The position numbers and the translations under genes were made by a program. Shown here one piece after another: positions 11,036-24,936 of a stretch of 64,000 nt of DNA (position 1 is the stretch's first letter; each line of letters opens with the position of its first letter). The notes beneath the pieces were generated by a model that saw only the letters and a program-made list of their open reading frames with translations, was not told the origin of the DNA and did no database searches. Source of the stretch: Eledone cirrhosa (taxonomy: Eukaryota); the NCBI GenBank assembly GCA_964016885.1, contig OZ024743.1, positions 6,386,001 through 6,450,000 of the forward strand, given 5' to 3'.

Positions 11036-13029
11036 ATATTATCACCGTCAACAATTTACGTCTGTTTTCTATGTTGCCATGGGTTAAACGAGTCATTATA
11101 GTTTGAGTTACTTCTTATTCAGAGTTACTACCCATCTAAATGGGTTGGGGAACCATGTCGGGTACGTAAATTCCATGTTTTGCCATGTTTTCTACAGCTG
11201 GAAGCCCTTATTAACATTAACCACTGTATAGAGTGTACATGGTACATTTTATCGCGGTATTAGTTTTGAGAGTTTGTCATGGTCTCGACACGACGAAAGA
11301 AACCTCTTTTGTAACCCTCATAAATGTCCGTCTGTAGAATACCTGTTTTCGGTGAACCCTATATACCCTCTACAACTGGGATACAACCTAAATCGACGAC
11401 GAAGGTCTTAATTTTGCAGAAATGTCATTGTGACTCATGTATTTGCTATTAGTTGCTCTAATTCACCTCTATTAACATTCGATTCATTAGTTAATATCTA
11501 TGCTTTTCTTGCATTACATATGAATGTAAATGTAGTGGGCTCAACTTAAATACTAAGAACGTCATACTGAATGCTTTTATTGTTTCTACAAGTTACTACT
11601 ATCCACTATTAATTTCATTTTCTACGAAACATTCGTTTCTTAATAATTTCAGTTTCTAAAAAAAAAAAAAAAACATTTTCGCTTTTTAATGACTACATTT
11701 CCTCAAAAACTTTTAATTTGAGCTGGAAAATACATTCAAAACACGTTCATTTTAAATGTTTCTTAAAGTTTGTAATACAATTTTTATTGGGTTAAAACCA
11801 ATTACCACCTTTTGTATACTACAAAGAATTCGAATAGTAAATACTCTCGTACTGATCCCCCTAGAAGAGAATATTATCTTGGTTTTTGGTTCTGAAGTTA
11901 CAGGTCAGTCCTTTGGAGGTCGTGTGTGACAGACTAAGAAAACCATCGTGGGAAAAATATGTCACGGTTTCGCTACATTTATAAAACATATACACACAGA
12001 TTAAACAGCGTACATTTTGCCGCATTTGATTTTTATTAAGCTTTATACACATAAAACAACAAAGAAAATCAACAATAACAATAAATATTCATCAGATGTC
12101 TTGCCGGTTTCTGTCATTCGAGTGGTCTGCAGTCATACTGAGATAATCTATTATATCAATCGCGATTTGTCGAATAAGGAGAGAGAGGAAAGAAAGAAAC
12201 AGAAGAACAGAGAAAGTGAAAAATAGAGAATGTATTAGAGAAATAATAATAGAGAAAGAAATACATAAAGGAATAGAGAAGGAAAGAAGATGATGATAGA
12301 CAGAAAGAAATTGTGGTAGAAAGACAAAAAGAATAGAGAGAGGGGTTAGGAGGTGATGAATAATATAATACGAGAGAGAAAAACAGAGAGAAATAGGGAT
12401 AGTGAGAGATGGAGGAAGAGAGACACAGCAAGAAAGAGGCAGGTATATATAGAGAGAAATAGAGCCGATAAAAGTAGAAGAAAGTAGTTAATTAAAATTT
12501 GAACTTATCCGTAAAACTTTATCCGTAAAATCCATTATTCAAAATAGAGTGCACCTAATTTCAGGAAAAATGCACAGAGATTCTATTTTATGTGCCAAGC
12601 TATGAAATATGTGCAAAAATATATTGTTACTTTCATAGAATAGCCGGGAATCGCCTGGTATCTTTGCTGGCATAATTATCTGCATATACCCTTCTCATAT
12701 AATTTTTCTTTATTCCCTTCACCCCATCCTTCTACACCAATATTTTCTTAAAACTTTTCCTTTACTCTTTCCATTTCCACTCATTTTTTACACATACCCC
12801 CTCAATTATATATTGTATATCCCTCCCTGATTCTACCTATTCTTCTTTACTATATCTCTTTCCTTTAATATTTTTATCTCCTCCACTCCCTCCGCTTTTC
12901 TACTATACAGTGGATCTATAACTGTATTTTTATACTCTAGGCTTATCATCACCAACACTCATAAGAAAGAAGCATAAGCTTGTTTATTAAGAGAGGTTGC
13001 TGAGTGTGGAGAATGTATGAAAGGAGGAT

Positions 13030-13445
13030 AGATTATCCAACAGAGCGATAGACTTTTGAAGTTGCCAGCTTTATAGTCAAAGAGATCCTTAAGAATATGA
13101 AGAAGAGAAAAGCTGTCAGAATATCTAGGATAGTCATTGAGATGCTGACAATATTTGGCGAAGAAGAGTTCCAGTTAGTTACTGACATTGATAACCAGAT
13201 TATATATAATGGCACACACTCATGACTGGCACAGTAGTATAATCATTAACTGTTACAAATGCAGAAGAGATGTTTTAGAAAGGAGTGGCTATAAAAACAA
13301 AAGAAATAGTTTTAGTATTACTGATTAAGAAAATAATTAGATTTTGATGAGATTCGGCAAGATAGAAGAGAAATACTGTCTACTGTCTAATCCATGCAAG
13401 CCAGCAAAACGAACGTAAAAATTATATTGCTGATGGTGATGATAA
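13030..13445 (+). pseudogene. Decayed RTE LINE fragment with 3' tail
   Basis: Recognisable homology to 35660-35950 (gagatgctga.., gactggcacagtagtataatcattaactgttacaaa = DW.SSII.NCYK) and an aatccatgcaag...gatgat tail. Confidence 0.6.
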
Positions 13446-13460
13446 ATACATCGTGAGAGC

Positions 13461-13514
<54 letters not shown>

Positions 13515-13517
<3 letters not shown>

Positions 13518-13720
13518 AACAGATTAATGTTTAAGCAAAGAATCGCTGTTTCACCCTTAACGGGATCTTCTGAAACAGTTTCAGACGATCCCGTTAAGGG
13601 TGAAAGCAGCGATTCTTTGCTTAAACTTTAATCTGTCCTTATAATAAATATTTGCTCTACGGGTTTATATATATTTTATATATATATAATTCTTATCGAA
13701 CACTCTTTGGATTTTAGTTT
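13515..13720 (+). mobile_element. Short PLE foldback end in (TA)n, folded inside the HHR core
   Basis: ~60-bp inverted arms centred on about 13577. The right arm reads cagacga-tccc-gttaa-gggt-GAAA. AATAAA and the tail motif atcgaacactc (13695-13705) follow. Confidence 0.6.
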
Positions 13721-13859
13721 TCACATTTATTATTACTAAATAATAAAGTGATTGTTGGAAAGTCGGTACAATGTGAATAGAAATATAAAGATGGACGACA
13801 AAACAAAATAATGTTTTTACCTTTATATTTCATCGTAATATTTCAAGGTAAAGACCTTC

Positions 13860-14430
13860 TTTGTAAACGATGAACGGAGAAAAACGGAATGTTCTGTTGT
13901 TCTCACGAACTTTTCTGGTGTTGTTTGTGACCGGTAGAGGAAATATGATATCTGGTGTGGTCGAGACCTTTTCTGAGGAGACTGCTCACCAAATCCCGAC
14001 CAATATACACCAACAATATATGCGCACTTCCTAACTGTCCCATCAATAACGCAGAAATGTGCATAACACCGAATGGTTTACAATGTCACCTGCATAAACC
14101 GTGGTATCTGATACATTGGAAGTGTCGTATATTTGTTCTCCTTCCGTATTATTCGTTTTCACGAAATTCTCTCGAGAAACAATCTGGCGATGTTAAAGAT
14201 TGAATACAACTCTTACCATCGCAATCTATCGAAACGTCTACGAGTTCACTGGAAGCACTGCCTGGGTGCTACACATACGGATGAAAGAACGCACGATCAC
14301 GAGAACTTCCTCTGTCAAAAGACACGGAGAAAGGCCACACCCGAGAATGTGAGTAATTTACGAATTAATGAAACTCTCATAAAGAAGCATAAGCTAAACA
14401 TCAATAATAGATTAGAGCTACACAGAGCAA
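13860..14430 (+). pseudogene. Penelope-like GIY-YIG endonuclease fragment
   Basis: CALPNCPI...C, then (frameshift) VYNVTCINRGI*YIGS, ...KRLRVH..., NLRINETLIKKHKLNINNRLEL: PLE CCHH/GIY-YIG C-terminal pattern. Confidence 0.65.
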
Positions 14431-14779
14431 ACTATTATAATCAGTCTGCACATGACCCACTTCTCCCAATGGTTAGTAACGCATACAATACAGTAAAAGT
14501 ACATAGTCCCTGAACCTGTTAAAAATATTATCATATTTCTGAAGAACAATCGTTATTTGGATATTCACAATAAATATACAATATGATATATACCGTGAAT
14601 GAATAACGATTGTTCTTCATCAATCTGATAATATGGTCAACAGAATACATCCAATGTACATCAGTAGGTAAGTGTATTAAATACTTAAGATCTATTTTAG
14701 AATGTATGTTGTAGCGCATCTCCTTCACCATCCCCCGGAAACGCCTTCTCCAGTGCGTGGGACCCCATTTTCTCATAAT

Positions 14780-14962
14780 TATTTCTACTTTTGGCACAAG
14801 GCCAGCAATTATCCCAGTGCATTACTGGTACTTTATTTTATCGACCCCGTAAGGATGAAAGGCAAAGTTAACCTCGGAGGGATTTGAACTCAGATCATAA
14901 AGGGCCGTAAATCTTTGCTGCAAAGCATGGCGTCCGACCCTCTACCGATACTGCCAATCCAT
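14780..14962 (-). mobile_element. Full-length tRNA-derived SINE with 38-bp flanking direct repeat
   Basis: Reverse complement of the family consensus. cgccttctccagtgcgtgggaccccattttctcataat is present at 14742-14779 and 14963-15000. Confidence 0.9.
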
Positions 14963-17049
14963 CGCCTTCTCCAGTGCGTGGGACCCCATTTTCTCATAAT
15001 GGTGAGAGGTGGGGGGGGGGGGTGAGAGATGGAGACGATGACAGTGGGAGTTTGGCTCCCCCGTATTCGGACTTGGTGTACGTGTGTGTGTGTTTGCTTC
15101 TATTCATTCGATAGAAAACGTACTGTACATATATTTCTATGTTTCCCCACATATACTGTCACTTCAGCTATCCCAGTCTCTATAGTAAATATAGAGTAAT
15201 GTAAACGTCAAAGGGTTAAAACTGTTTTGAAAGACGGAGTGAGCTGTAGGCAAGCTTGAACACCACAACACAATTGCATTTTATTTTATGTTGTTAATAC
15301 ATTTTATAAAATATCGTTGCATCATGTTGTAGTTAAAATATTGTTGTACCTTAAAGTATCAAAGAATACAGAACAATTTTCTTGTCAAGATTATTTAGAC
15401 TTCCCAGTTATGAAGTGAGCAATTTATTATATTACGTGATAAAAATATCGAGAGTGACTTGTTTTCTAATTTTCAAAAAGCTATTAAATTTCTTTAATTA
15501 AGTCAGACAGGAGTTTGGCAAACTTTCAAAAACAAAAAGAAAGTGTCATAAATGATTTAAGACTGAAATTGTGCATATTATTTATACAAATATAAAATGA
15601 TTTATTTCTCATTTTATTGCAAAGTATTAATGACATACAAAGTTAAAGTGTATTTACTCCTTGAGTGGTGTCATTAAACATTATGAAATAAAAACGATAG
15701 GTATTTGAAACTAGGTAAATTATTTATAAAGGCTAACACCAATTGGATAACTGTGATATCAACAATAATTGTTACTAAACTCATGTATGTGAGAGATCAA
15801 TATTGTAAGCTTCTTAATTCTGGGAAATCTTCATAGACTTTTATGTTGACTAAATGCCAATCTTTTCATTCACCAGTGAGATAAATCTCATCAGAAAACA
15901 AGCCCTAACCAACTTGGAGCTAATGGGATTAATGGAATACCACTATTGATTATTTTTTCACTCCATCACATATCCTAAATGCTGCAACAGAGATGAGGAC
16001 TCTTGCATCTGCAACCAAACATAACAAGATCCTGAAATGTTACAATTTGCTGGTGAACTATATTTTTCAATCTGTGGCATTTGACACATTTTGATGCAAG
16101 TCATTGGCAACAAAATTTTTATCTTCATTTTCATTTTGCGTTCAAAGGCGTTTCATTGTTTCAGCACCTCAACCGAAGGGTTACTCAATGTACTACTATG
16201 GGTTTTGGCTTGCTTTAAATATTTAGAAGAAAATTTCAGTATTGTCTATAGTAGTGTACTATTGAGACAGTGAGTTTGTTTGTTTTTTTACTCATTTTGT
16301 AACCTTTTTGATCCCAACCTACCCCAAAGCGTCTCTGTTTTTATATAGCAAAACCATCTATTTTAAAAGGTTCCTCCTTAGTTTAAAACTTTCCAACATA
16401 ATTTTATATAAGAATACTTTGTTATTTTACAAAATATTTCATTAGAAATATGGTAACAAAAGGGTTAATGTTATTGGCAATAACATTTTTATGTTATTGT
16501 CATTTATTTCCAATAAAGACAATTTATTTTATCATGTTAAAAACTAAACAATATAGGATTGAAAGAAAACTAACGAGAAAAGAAATTGTTACAAATATTA
16601 TTGGTTACAATTTTCTTGGGTGCCAAAAGAAGAGCTATGATGGTTAGGAATGCAAACAATTCAATCTTATAAAATATATCGGACTGGTAAGAAATCATTA
16701 TTGTTAGGTACATCATCATCATCATCATTTAATGTCTATTTTCCACGTTAGCATGGGTTAGTTACATTGAAGTATATTTGAGTTGAAAGCTGGCAACCAA
16801 TCATTTGTCATAAATACTGATATATTACACTTGTGTGAACATTTGAGATGAATAAAACCATTCTTGTCAGCTGTTTCTTGACTCAGCAATTTATTCAGCT
16901 AAACTTGGAAACAATTATCTTTAAAAGTTCAACAAGAAAGTATTTTGATACATCTCTTTTTGCAGTGTAATACAACAATATCCATGGAAAATAATTTTTA
17001 GCCACATCACTTTAAGGAGATTTCGTCAGATGCAAAAACAGAGTAAATA

Positions 17050-17146
17050 TAATTGTTTCTACTTTTGGCACACGGCCAGCAATTACCCAGTACATTACTG
17101 GTACTTTATTTTATCGACCCTGTAAGGATGAAAGGCAAAGTTAACA
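17050..17146 (-). mobile_element. SINE 3' half
   Basis: ttgtttctacttttggcacacggcc...aaggatgaaaggcaaagttaac. Confidence 0.8.
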
Positions 17147-17349
17147 TAATGATAGACTATATTCATCAATTTTCTTCATGAATTACCAAACTCAACTGAA
17201 TAACAAAGATTCTCTTTGTTTACTAACTTCATTTCATCTTCCATCTTCAGCCATATTTTACTTTCATTGACTATAATACTGAAATACTTACCTTTAATCA
17301 CAACTTCAGTAAACAGTAGAATAGCATTTTCTGAAGACTCCAATAGCTG

Positions 17350-17522
17350 CCACGGGAATGACCCAGGGGTAGAACCCAAGTAAGATGATTGGATAACATC
17401 CATGAAGTTGGTTGGTCTCAGTTGAGGATTCAGCTGAATAAGTTGGAGACAGTTGCTTCTTATAGGATTCTCTGGAGGGCATGTCTCAAGACTCTACCTC
17501 CACACCCCTCCCAGGAATAAGT
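17350..17522 (+). pseudogene. RTE-type LINE 3' relic (paralogous relic at about 31640-31885)
   Basis: Decayed R-P-R-G-R-P...W-x-D-N-I...VA-x-DR-x-x-WR pattern ending caggaataag in both copies. Confidence 0.45.
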
Positions 17523-17979
17523 TGAGGGAGAAGGAGGAGGTCATTATCATTGGTATCATCATCATCACCATTGAAATCATCTTTCTGTTTGCTTTTTCAT
17601 ACTGGGATGGGCTGGAATAGACAGTTTCCTATGGCCAGATGCCCTTCCTGATGCCAATCCCTATTTTATTCTAAATATGGTGTATACCACTAATGTTTAC
17701 CTAACTGTTACACTGCAGGACATTGTTTAAGAGACATAAAAAATCAGCAATTTACACACATACATACAAATGGCACACATCCACACACCTACACTCAGAC
17801 ATATACATACAACCGGCTTCTTCACAGCTTTCACCTACCACATTCTCTTGTAAAGCATTACTGGCTTGAGCCTATAGTAGAAGGTACTTATAAAAGGTTT
17901 TTGTTCATATTGTCTCTAAAATAGTCACAAGAAATCCAATAATGAGCTAGTCATTTAAATCAAACGTAGTACATGACAG

Positions 17980-18705
17980 GTATGTTATTTTATTGACCCA
18001 CCCCACCCCAGAAGACTGAAAGACAAGGTTGACCTCAATAGTTTTTGAACAAATACCATAAAACATTTTGTCTGATGTCCTAACAATCCTGCCTACCCAT
18101 TACCTTCAATTAATAGTTTCTAATTTAGGTACAAAGCCAACAAAAGTTGACCTCAGTTCATTCCAACTTAGAGCAAATAAAAATTGGAATGAATTTTATG
18201 AAGTATTTTGTTCAGTACTCTAGCAATTTGGTCATTCCAATACCCTGATGATAATAGTGATAATAATTCTTTCTAATATTGGCACAAAGCCAACAATGTT
18301 GGAGAAGGAGAGAGTCAATTACATCAACCCCAGTACTTGACTGATACTTGACATCCTCAGAAGGATGACAGGCAGAGTTGACTTTGGCAAAATTTGAACT
18401 CAGAATGGAAAGAGGTGGGACAAATATCACAAAGGTATTTTGTCCAACACTCTACTAATGCTGCCAATCCACCACCCTCAGGAATAATAATGGTTTCTTC
18501 TTTAGGCACAAAGCCAACATTTTGGTGGGAGGGGAAAATCGATTAAATTGACACCAGTGCGTAACTGGAACTTTATTTTATGGATCCTGCAAGGATGAAA
18601 GGCAAAGTTAACCTTGGCAGGATTTTAACTCAGAACGTAAAGGGCCGTAACTTTATGTCGCAAAGCAGGGTTTCCAATGCTCTTCCGATGCTGCCAATCC
18701 ACTGC
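17980..18705 (-). mobile_element. Cluster of about four SINE copies of differing age
   Basis: Repeated minus-strand ggcacaaagcc tails and gatgaaaggcaaagtt/tttgaactcagaa cores. The best-preserved copy is about 18484-18705. Confidence 0.7.
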
Positions 18706-19059
18706 CAAAATAATAATAATAATAACAGTGGTTTCTTTATTAGCCATCCAGGGTTGACATAAAGAAAACATTAAAAATAATACAGGATGATATAATATGG
18801 ATTTTATTCATGTAAAAATGATAACAGAAAACAACAAACATGTAAAAAAAATTTAAACAAAGGGAAATTCCTTAATAGGAGGGAGGCCTCTAATTGTCAT
18901 TTGTGGAGAAAGCCCATAAAAGCTACAGTCACCCTGACAACTTAGGCAAGTACCCCCATTACATTTGTCCTCCTCCAATACTCACTACTCTCATCCACCT
19001 TTTAATAAACTGAGCTTGTAGTGCACCTGAGCACTGTACGCAATAATTTTCATTGTTAT

Positions 19060-19810
19060 TAAACTGGCTAGAAGGCAGCACATCCTCTTCCATGCTGACT
19101 TTTCTCTTCAAGAGCAATGTGAAAAAGTTAATCAGGGCTTCACCAAAGAAGAAAGTCCTTTCCTCAATACTTTCAAGCACATCCACCATACAACCTCTTT
19201 CACCATGACCACCAAGTAGATGAAAATTGTCTGCAGCTCCTGAAGATAGTGGGGCTATCTTCACAATAGCTGATAACTGGATCCATCCTTACACATGATA
19301 GCAGGTGTTCAACATAGATTCACAGGTCAGGAAAAGGAAGCCTTCGTCCTTCATGTCTGGTGTGGCCAGAAAGCCATTTTTTTTTTTTGCCACAGTAGGA
19401 CAGCACCAGGATAAAATCATTACTCATCACTGGTGTTAAGAAATGAGATTTAGCTTCCTGCATGTTGGAAAACCTTAATTCCAGTGTCCCAAATTTTCTA
19501 CCCCAGGTTATGAAGGTTTTATAACTTGAAATGCATTACAAGCTTTTTTGAATTTTAGCCTTGGTAACCCACTCTGCTTACCATGATTACACTCCAATTT
19601 TACAGCATGCCACTGTACAACGACGTGTGCCTTCCATTACATTGGATGGAAGTTTGAGGCTCACCCTGTGACCCTTTATTTCCACCATCTGCTTTGCTTC
19701 TCTTACTTCCTCCTCTCTGAGATTTATCTTTTCAAAATTTTTGTCACACCTATGAAGGAAGTGACTGGCTGGGTGCAAATGTTTCCTATGTTGTTGGCAT
19801 CAGCTTCGGT
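19060..19810 (-). pseudogene. Highly decayed L1/Tx1-like LINE
   Basis: Minus-strand ..KEVVWW..LK.. / LINFF.LLLKRKV..E..VL..SQF C-terminal pattern and an ADxx-like remnant near 19800. Confidence 0.4.
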
Positions 19811-20039
19811 TAGCTTTGAAATGATTTATTATTAAAACAAAGGTTAATAAACTTTGGATTTAATATGGATTCCTGCTCAGATTCCTAATTGGACACATGC
19901 AGTAAATATAAATATATAATCCCTGATCTGATAGAATAATGCTGTATAATTTGTCTATGGCTGCCAATTAAATGCCAACAACAACATAATCATCATTTAC
20001 TGCCTCCATCTCTCTTTCTCTCCCCATCTTTCACTATTA

Positions 20040-20180
20040 TGTACAAATGGAAGCCCATGCACCGGCCACTTCACAGTCCCGGCAGACAGAATAGAGAAGG
20101 TGTTTCCCTGGAGAATGGTGAGAGAGATGCATTGGAAGAGCCATTCCAACTCATGAAGCTCATACCTGCGGATAACCAAC
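20040..20180 (-). pseudogene. CRE-clade LINE 3' fragment
   Basis: RRYELHELEWLFQCISLTILQGNTFSILSAG closely matches RRCEPRELEWLFQRVSLAVLRGNAFSILSAG at 32293-32493. Confidence 0.7.
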
Positions 20181-21298
20181 TCCATTCCGATTGTTTGTGG
20201 ACCAAATGGCTGGTTGACTGGTTGATTGGGCAGCTGTCTGGCTAGTTAAATTTGTGGTTGTTTGGCTAGGTGGCTGGTTAGCTGGTTAACAGTTTTAGTG
20301 AGTGTCTGTTGTATTGTTTTTGTTGTTTTTATTGTTGTCGGTAGTAGTGTTCGTGGTGATGACTTTATTGGTGGTGTGTGTAGTTATGGGCTGACAATAA
20401 AGGAACACCAACCAGCCCTTTAGTAATGCAGTCAGTTTAATTACAAAACAATACAAAAGTTTCAACAAAAAAAAACGTTTTAAAACTAGGTGAAAAAAAC
20501 CCAACAAACTTTGAAGCAAATAAACATTTCAATCATTTCAGAAGCAAATATAACAACAATAATAACAATAATAACTATAATTTTTTAGGTTCAAGGCCAC
20601 AAATATGTGGGTGGAGAGGATATCTATTCAGTTCATTGTTTCCACTATTATTTCCATTTCACAATTTCATTTAAAGATAAATAAAAAGTTGTTGTTCTCA
20701 CCTGACAGGAAGTTTTGAAGAAAATAAGATTTACTTTCTTTCTTGGGTGTGTATGTATATATGTATGTTTGTTTGTATGCATATATATACATGTGTATGT
20801 GTGTGGGTGGGTGTTGATGATTATGATATATAGAAAACTTGCCAAATAAAGGGTTGAGGTCTTTTCAGTTGTGTCAAGAACATGACAGCTTCTCTAGTGT
20901 TGGTACCACAATAAAAAGCACCAAGCACACTCTGTAAAGTTGTTAGTATTAGGAATTATATCTAGCTGTAGAAACTATGCCAAAACTAGATATTGGGTTG
21001 TCTCTTCACTTCTACACACATATATATTTAAGTCTTTTGATACCAAACTACCTGAAACCATTCTTGTTTCTATGAAAAAGAATCTTTTTATTTTAAAATG
21101 TTTATATATATATCATATATGCTGGTGTACAAGTCGACATTTGTAGCCAAATCATTTTCCCTGCAACTGCCTTATTTTTTTAGGTCATCTTATCTGGCGA
21201 ATATAGGCCTAAACCTGAATTACACCTCAGAATTTTAGGGGTGGACATATGCACCTGATCGACTTGTATGCCAGCATATACGGTATATATACGGTATA

Positions 21299-21338
<40 letters not shown>

Positions 21339-21341
<3 letters not shown>

Positions 21342-22256
21342 TCATCATAATCTATAAAGCTCAGTGTGTGGTCATGCTCCTTCGTTATAGAAATCTACGA
21401 TATAGAATTTCTTCAATTGAAATTTACAATTCAGTATTCAAAATAGTTTCGATTGCGTCTTGACGCAGATAATTTTTTCAATTTCACCCACAATTACGCA
21501 AAAAATAGATAAAACTCAATATTTTACGATTTTTCTCTCTCATTTAAACTGCTGAACTCTTTCTACTACCATTCAAAATCTATACAACTTCATACTTTCT
21601 GCTACTTTCTCTTCCCAAGCTTGATGGTGATACTGTCCGTTCACACCACTCCCTACTGTCTTAAATTTAGAAAACACATATTCTCTATGAGGTTACTAAA
21701 CCTGCTAGAAACAGCAGCTAACTCTCCTCCATATCACACCCCTCCCCACACCACTCCCTACTGTCTTAAATTTAGAAAACACATATCCTCTATGAGGTTA
21801 CTAAACCTGCTAGAAACAGCAGCTAACTCTCCCCCCATATCACACCCCTCCCTACTGTCTTAAATTTAGAAAACACATATCCTCTATGAGGTCACTAAAC
21901 CTGCTAGAAACAACAGCTAACTCTCCCTCATATCACAACCCTCCCTACTGTCTTAAATTTAGAAAACACACAGACAACCATGCAGAACAACTCCATCGCA
22001 GCTCTGTTGTTCGGCTGGCATCGTCTACGCGCGTGTTGCGCAAGTACTGTGAAACAATAAATTTCAACACTTTTTTGCACAGAGATAATATCCATAGGCG
22101 AAACTACAATTGTCACTGCTGGCGCAGCTCCTGCTTCCAGGTCTGCAATTCATTCACTCAGTACCTGGCAGACAAAAAAGTGCTGCCATAAAATGGGTGG
22201 TGTAACCTAACTTTGGTAACTTAATGACCCCGAGCAACGCCGGGCTTTAATGCTAG
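21339..22256 (+). mobile_element. Non-autonomous Helitron with internal ~92-bp minisatellite
   Basis: A|TC 5' start, subterminal hairpin cccgagcaacgccggg, CTAG|T 3' end (22253-22256). Inverted homologue of 4842-6140. About 3.5 repeat units at 21642-21968. Confidence 0.8.
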
Positions 22257-23595
22257 TATATATATAAACCTTCCATCATAATTTATGTAAGAGCCTTTGT
22301 TAAGTTATGTTCCAAACACCAGCTTAATAATGATAAAGTTAGTGATAATAGTAAATCTTTCCAATTCATTTGAAAATCATGGTGTCTTTCATTAGAAATA
22401 TGGTAATGAAAGGGTTTAAGTGTGTTATTCTTTTGTTTTAACTGAGAAGAGTTTAATTTTTTCTCAGATCCATTTTGTCTTAAAATTTTATGAAATTAGT
22501 GATTTCCTAGAGAATAATAGGTTTCTATTGTCATAGTTGCAAGATGTGCTCTTTTTATATTACAACAATAAAGTATGTTAGCAATAAAGTACTTAAATCA
22601 ATTGCTTCATTGTTTTATGGTTGTACTTAGTTTCACTAAGCTCTTTGTCCAATGCTTTATTAGTTAAGTATCACAAACATCTTTATTGGTATGTTTAGGA
22701 AATGGCGTTGTTATATGTTATGTTCATATGAATATATTCATACAAAGAAAACTGGTGATTAACATTAACAATATCAACACCTTTTATAGCTTCCCTTACA
22801 ATTCAAATTGTTTATTGAACACAGTAGCACACTGTGTCTTCTGACAAAAGGTGTGCCAAATCATGATAGTATTGTTTTATAAAATAAATGGCATCTATTG
22901 AAATAACAATGTACTACATACACAAGTAGAACAGAAATAGTATTGAAGTGCATGTATGTCCCTTATAGAAACCAATACATTACATAATGTAAAATATCAA
23001 ATTTGTCTCTCTATCATAAACTTCCAATTGCCAATCTAAGGCATTTTCATTAACTCAGACTTTTAGACTCTGTAAGACATACTTCTGATCTTATCTTAAT
23101 AAAACACACACATACACATTTTAGTATACTAAAGATGTTTTTGACATAGTTCTCAAAAAACTATTTTTAAATGAAATTTGAGAGTCAAGAAAGTTGGTAA
23201 ATATTTTCGAAGTAATTTAGTATTTGGTTAAATATTTAGGGATTTTTATTGTTTTTCAGCTAGGAATTAAATTACAGTCATGTTGAAATATAATCCCTGA
23301 TATATCACACTCAAAAAATCAGATATCTTTGTACTGTTGTTTTATAAGATTTTCTTATGTAACTATTTTGGGGTGAAGCCTACTTAGAGCTAGCATGTCT
23401 ATTACTGACCCTTAAGGGATCATAGTTTTATACAAATTTGTATAATTAACTTAAATATATAATAATTTCCTGTAACCAAATAAATGTCAATAAGCATCTT
23501 CGCCACATAGCAGTTGTGGAAATATCCAAAGCAATGGAGAGTCATATGGTGTTAGGATTTGTCACATGATATAGCATATTTGAGTGTAGACTGTG

Positions 23596-23764
23596 CAGGG
23601 TCGGACGCCATGCTTTGCAGCATAGAGTTACGGCCCTTTACAGTCTAGGTTCAAATGCTGCAGAAGTTAACTTTGCCTTTCATCCTTACAGGGTCAATAA
23701 AATAAAGCAGCAGTAATGTACTAGGATAATTGCTGACCTTGTGCCAATAGTAGAAACAATTATT
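23596..23764 (+). mobile_element. tRNA-derived SINE
   Basis: Family consensus match including ggttcaaat B-box and core. Confidence 0.85.
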
Positions 23765-24838
23765 TAGTCATATGTTAGGGCAAACTTCGATTTCAAACTT
23801 TCTCCACTACTCTCTAAACATACTTCCTCCATAATGTAGATATGTGTCCATTTAAAGATATAATTTGTTAAAAATATAAAATGGTGTGAGTTTGGGAGAA
23901 AAGTAAATAGTACTTCTGAGAGCTTCAATAATTTAAAGCCTTAATGTTATTGATTGTTATTGTATGTAACATAGGATAGATGGTAATAATCTGTGCACTT
24001 TGTTAACTTTTTAATCAGTGACCCATTAGTAATGTCATGTACTAGCTACTTCTCTTTACATTGATATTGGTAACTTTGTTTTAGATGAATTGGTAAAAGT
24101 GGAATTAAGAATGGCCTGTAGGTCAAGTTGACACTACATTTGTATTAGCAAATGAAAATCACACCTAAACTGCAAAGGATAACTGAATTCTTTGATATTT
24201 TTAGATACATATTTGATCTTCTAAGAAAACTGAAATATGGGATTGCTTCTAAGATCTATTGTTCAATATATATGATGCCACAAAAGAAGTAAAGAACTTG
24301 ATTGAAATTACTGGAATAGGTTGCAGAGTTTGTTGAATAATATGGTTACTTTCAATCTGGTGTTAAACAACAGCAGAATAATTATGGCAAAGTTTGATTT
24401 CATAACTTTGCAGTCAGTACTTCTCACATAACTTTTTAGGCAGCTATGCACACTAAAATTCAGTAATACAAATAATTAAAATCTACTCTGCTATATTTGA
24501 TGTGTTCTTTCAAAGCAGTTCAAGGAACAGACTATATAATATTTCTTTAGTATATATTTACCAATTCAATCTTTCTCTTTGGCAGTTGAGAGCCCTGTGG
24601 ATTAAAAACAGGGTCAAATTTTCACAGCAAAGTTAAAAGGTGTTTATTAAACATATGGTAGAAACCAAGCCAGAGACAGTTCTGTATGAACAAGACATGG
24701 TCATGTGATCTGACTTTTCTCACAACGAGGCACTTCATCTAACCCATGCTAGCATGGATATTAAATTGTGATGATGATAATGATGATGGTCGTAAACCTG
24801 TTTACAAATTAAATCTCAAATATATAAAATAGTTGTTT

Positions 24839-24872
<34 letters not shown>

Positions 24873-24883
24873 TAAAATAGTTG

Positions 24884-24932
<49 letters not shown>

Positions 24933-24936
<4 letters not shown>

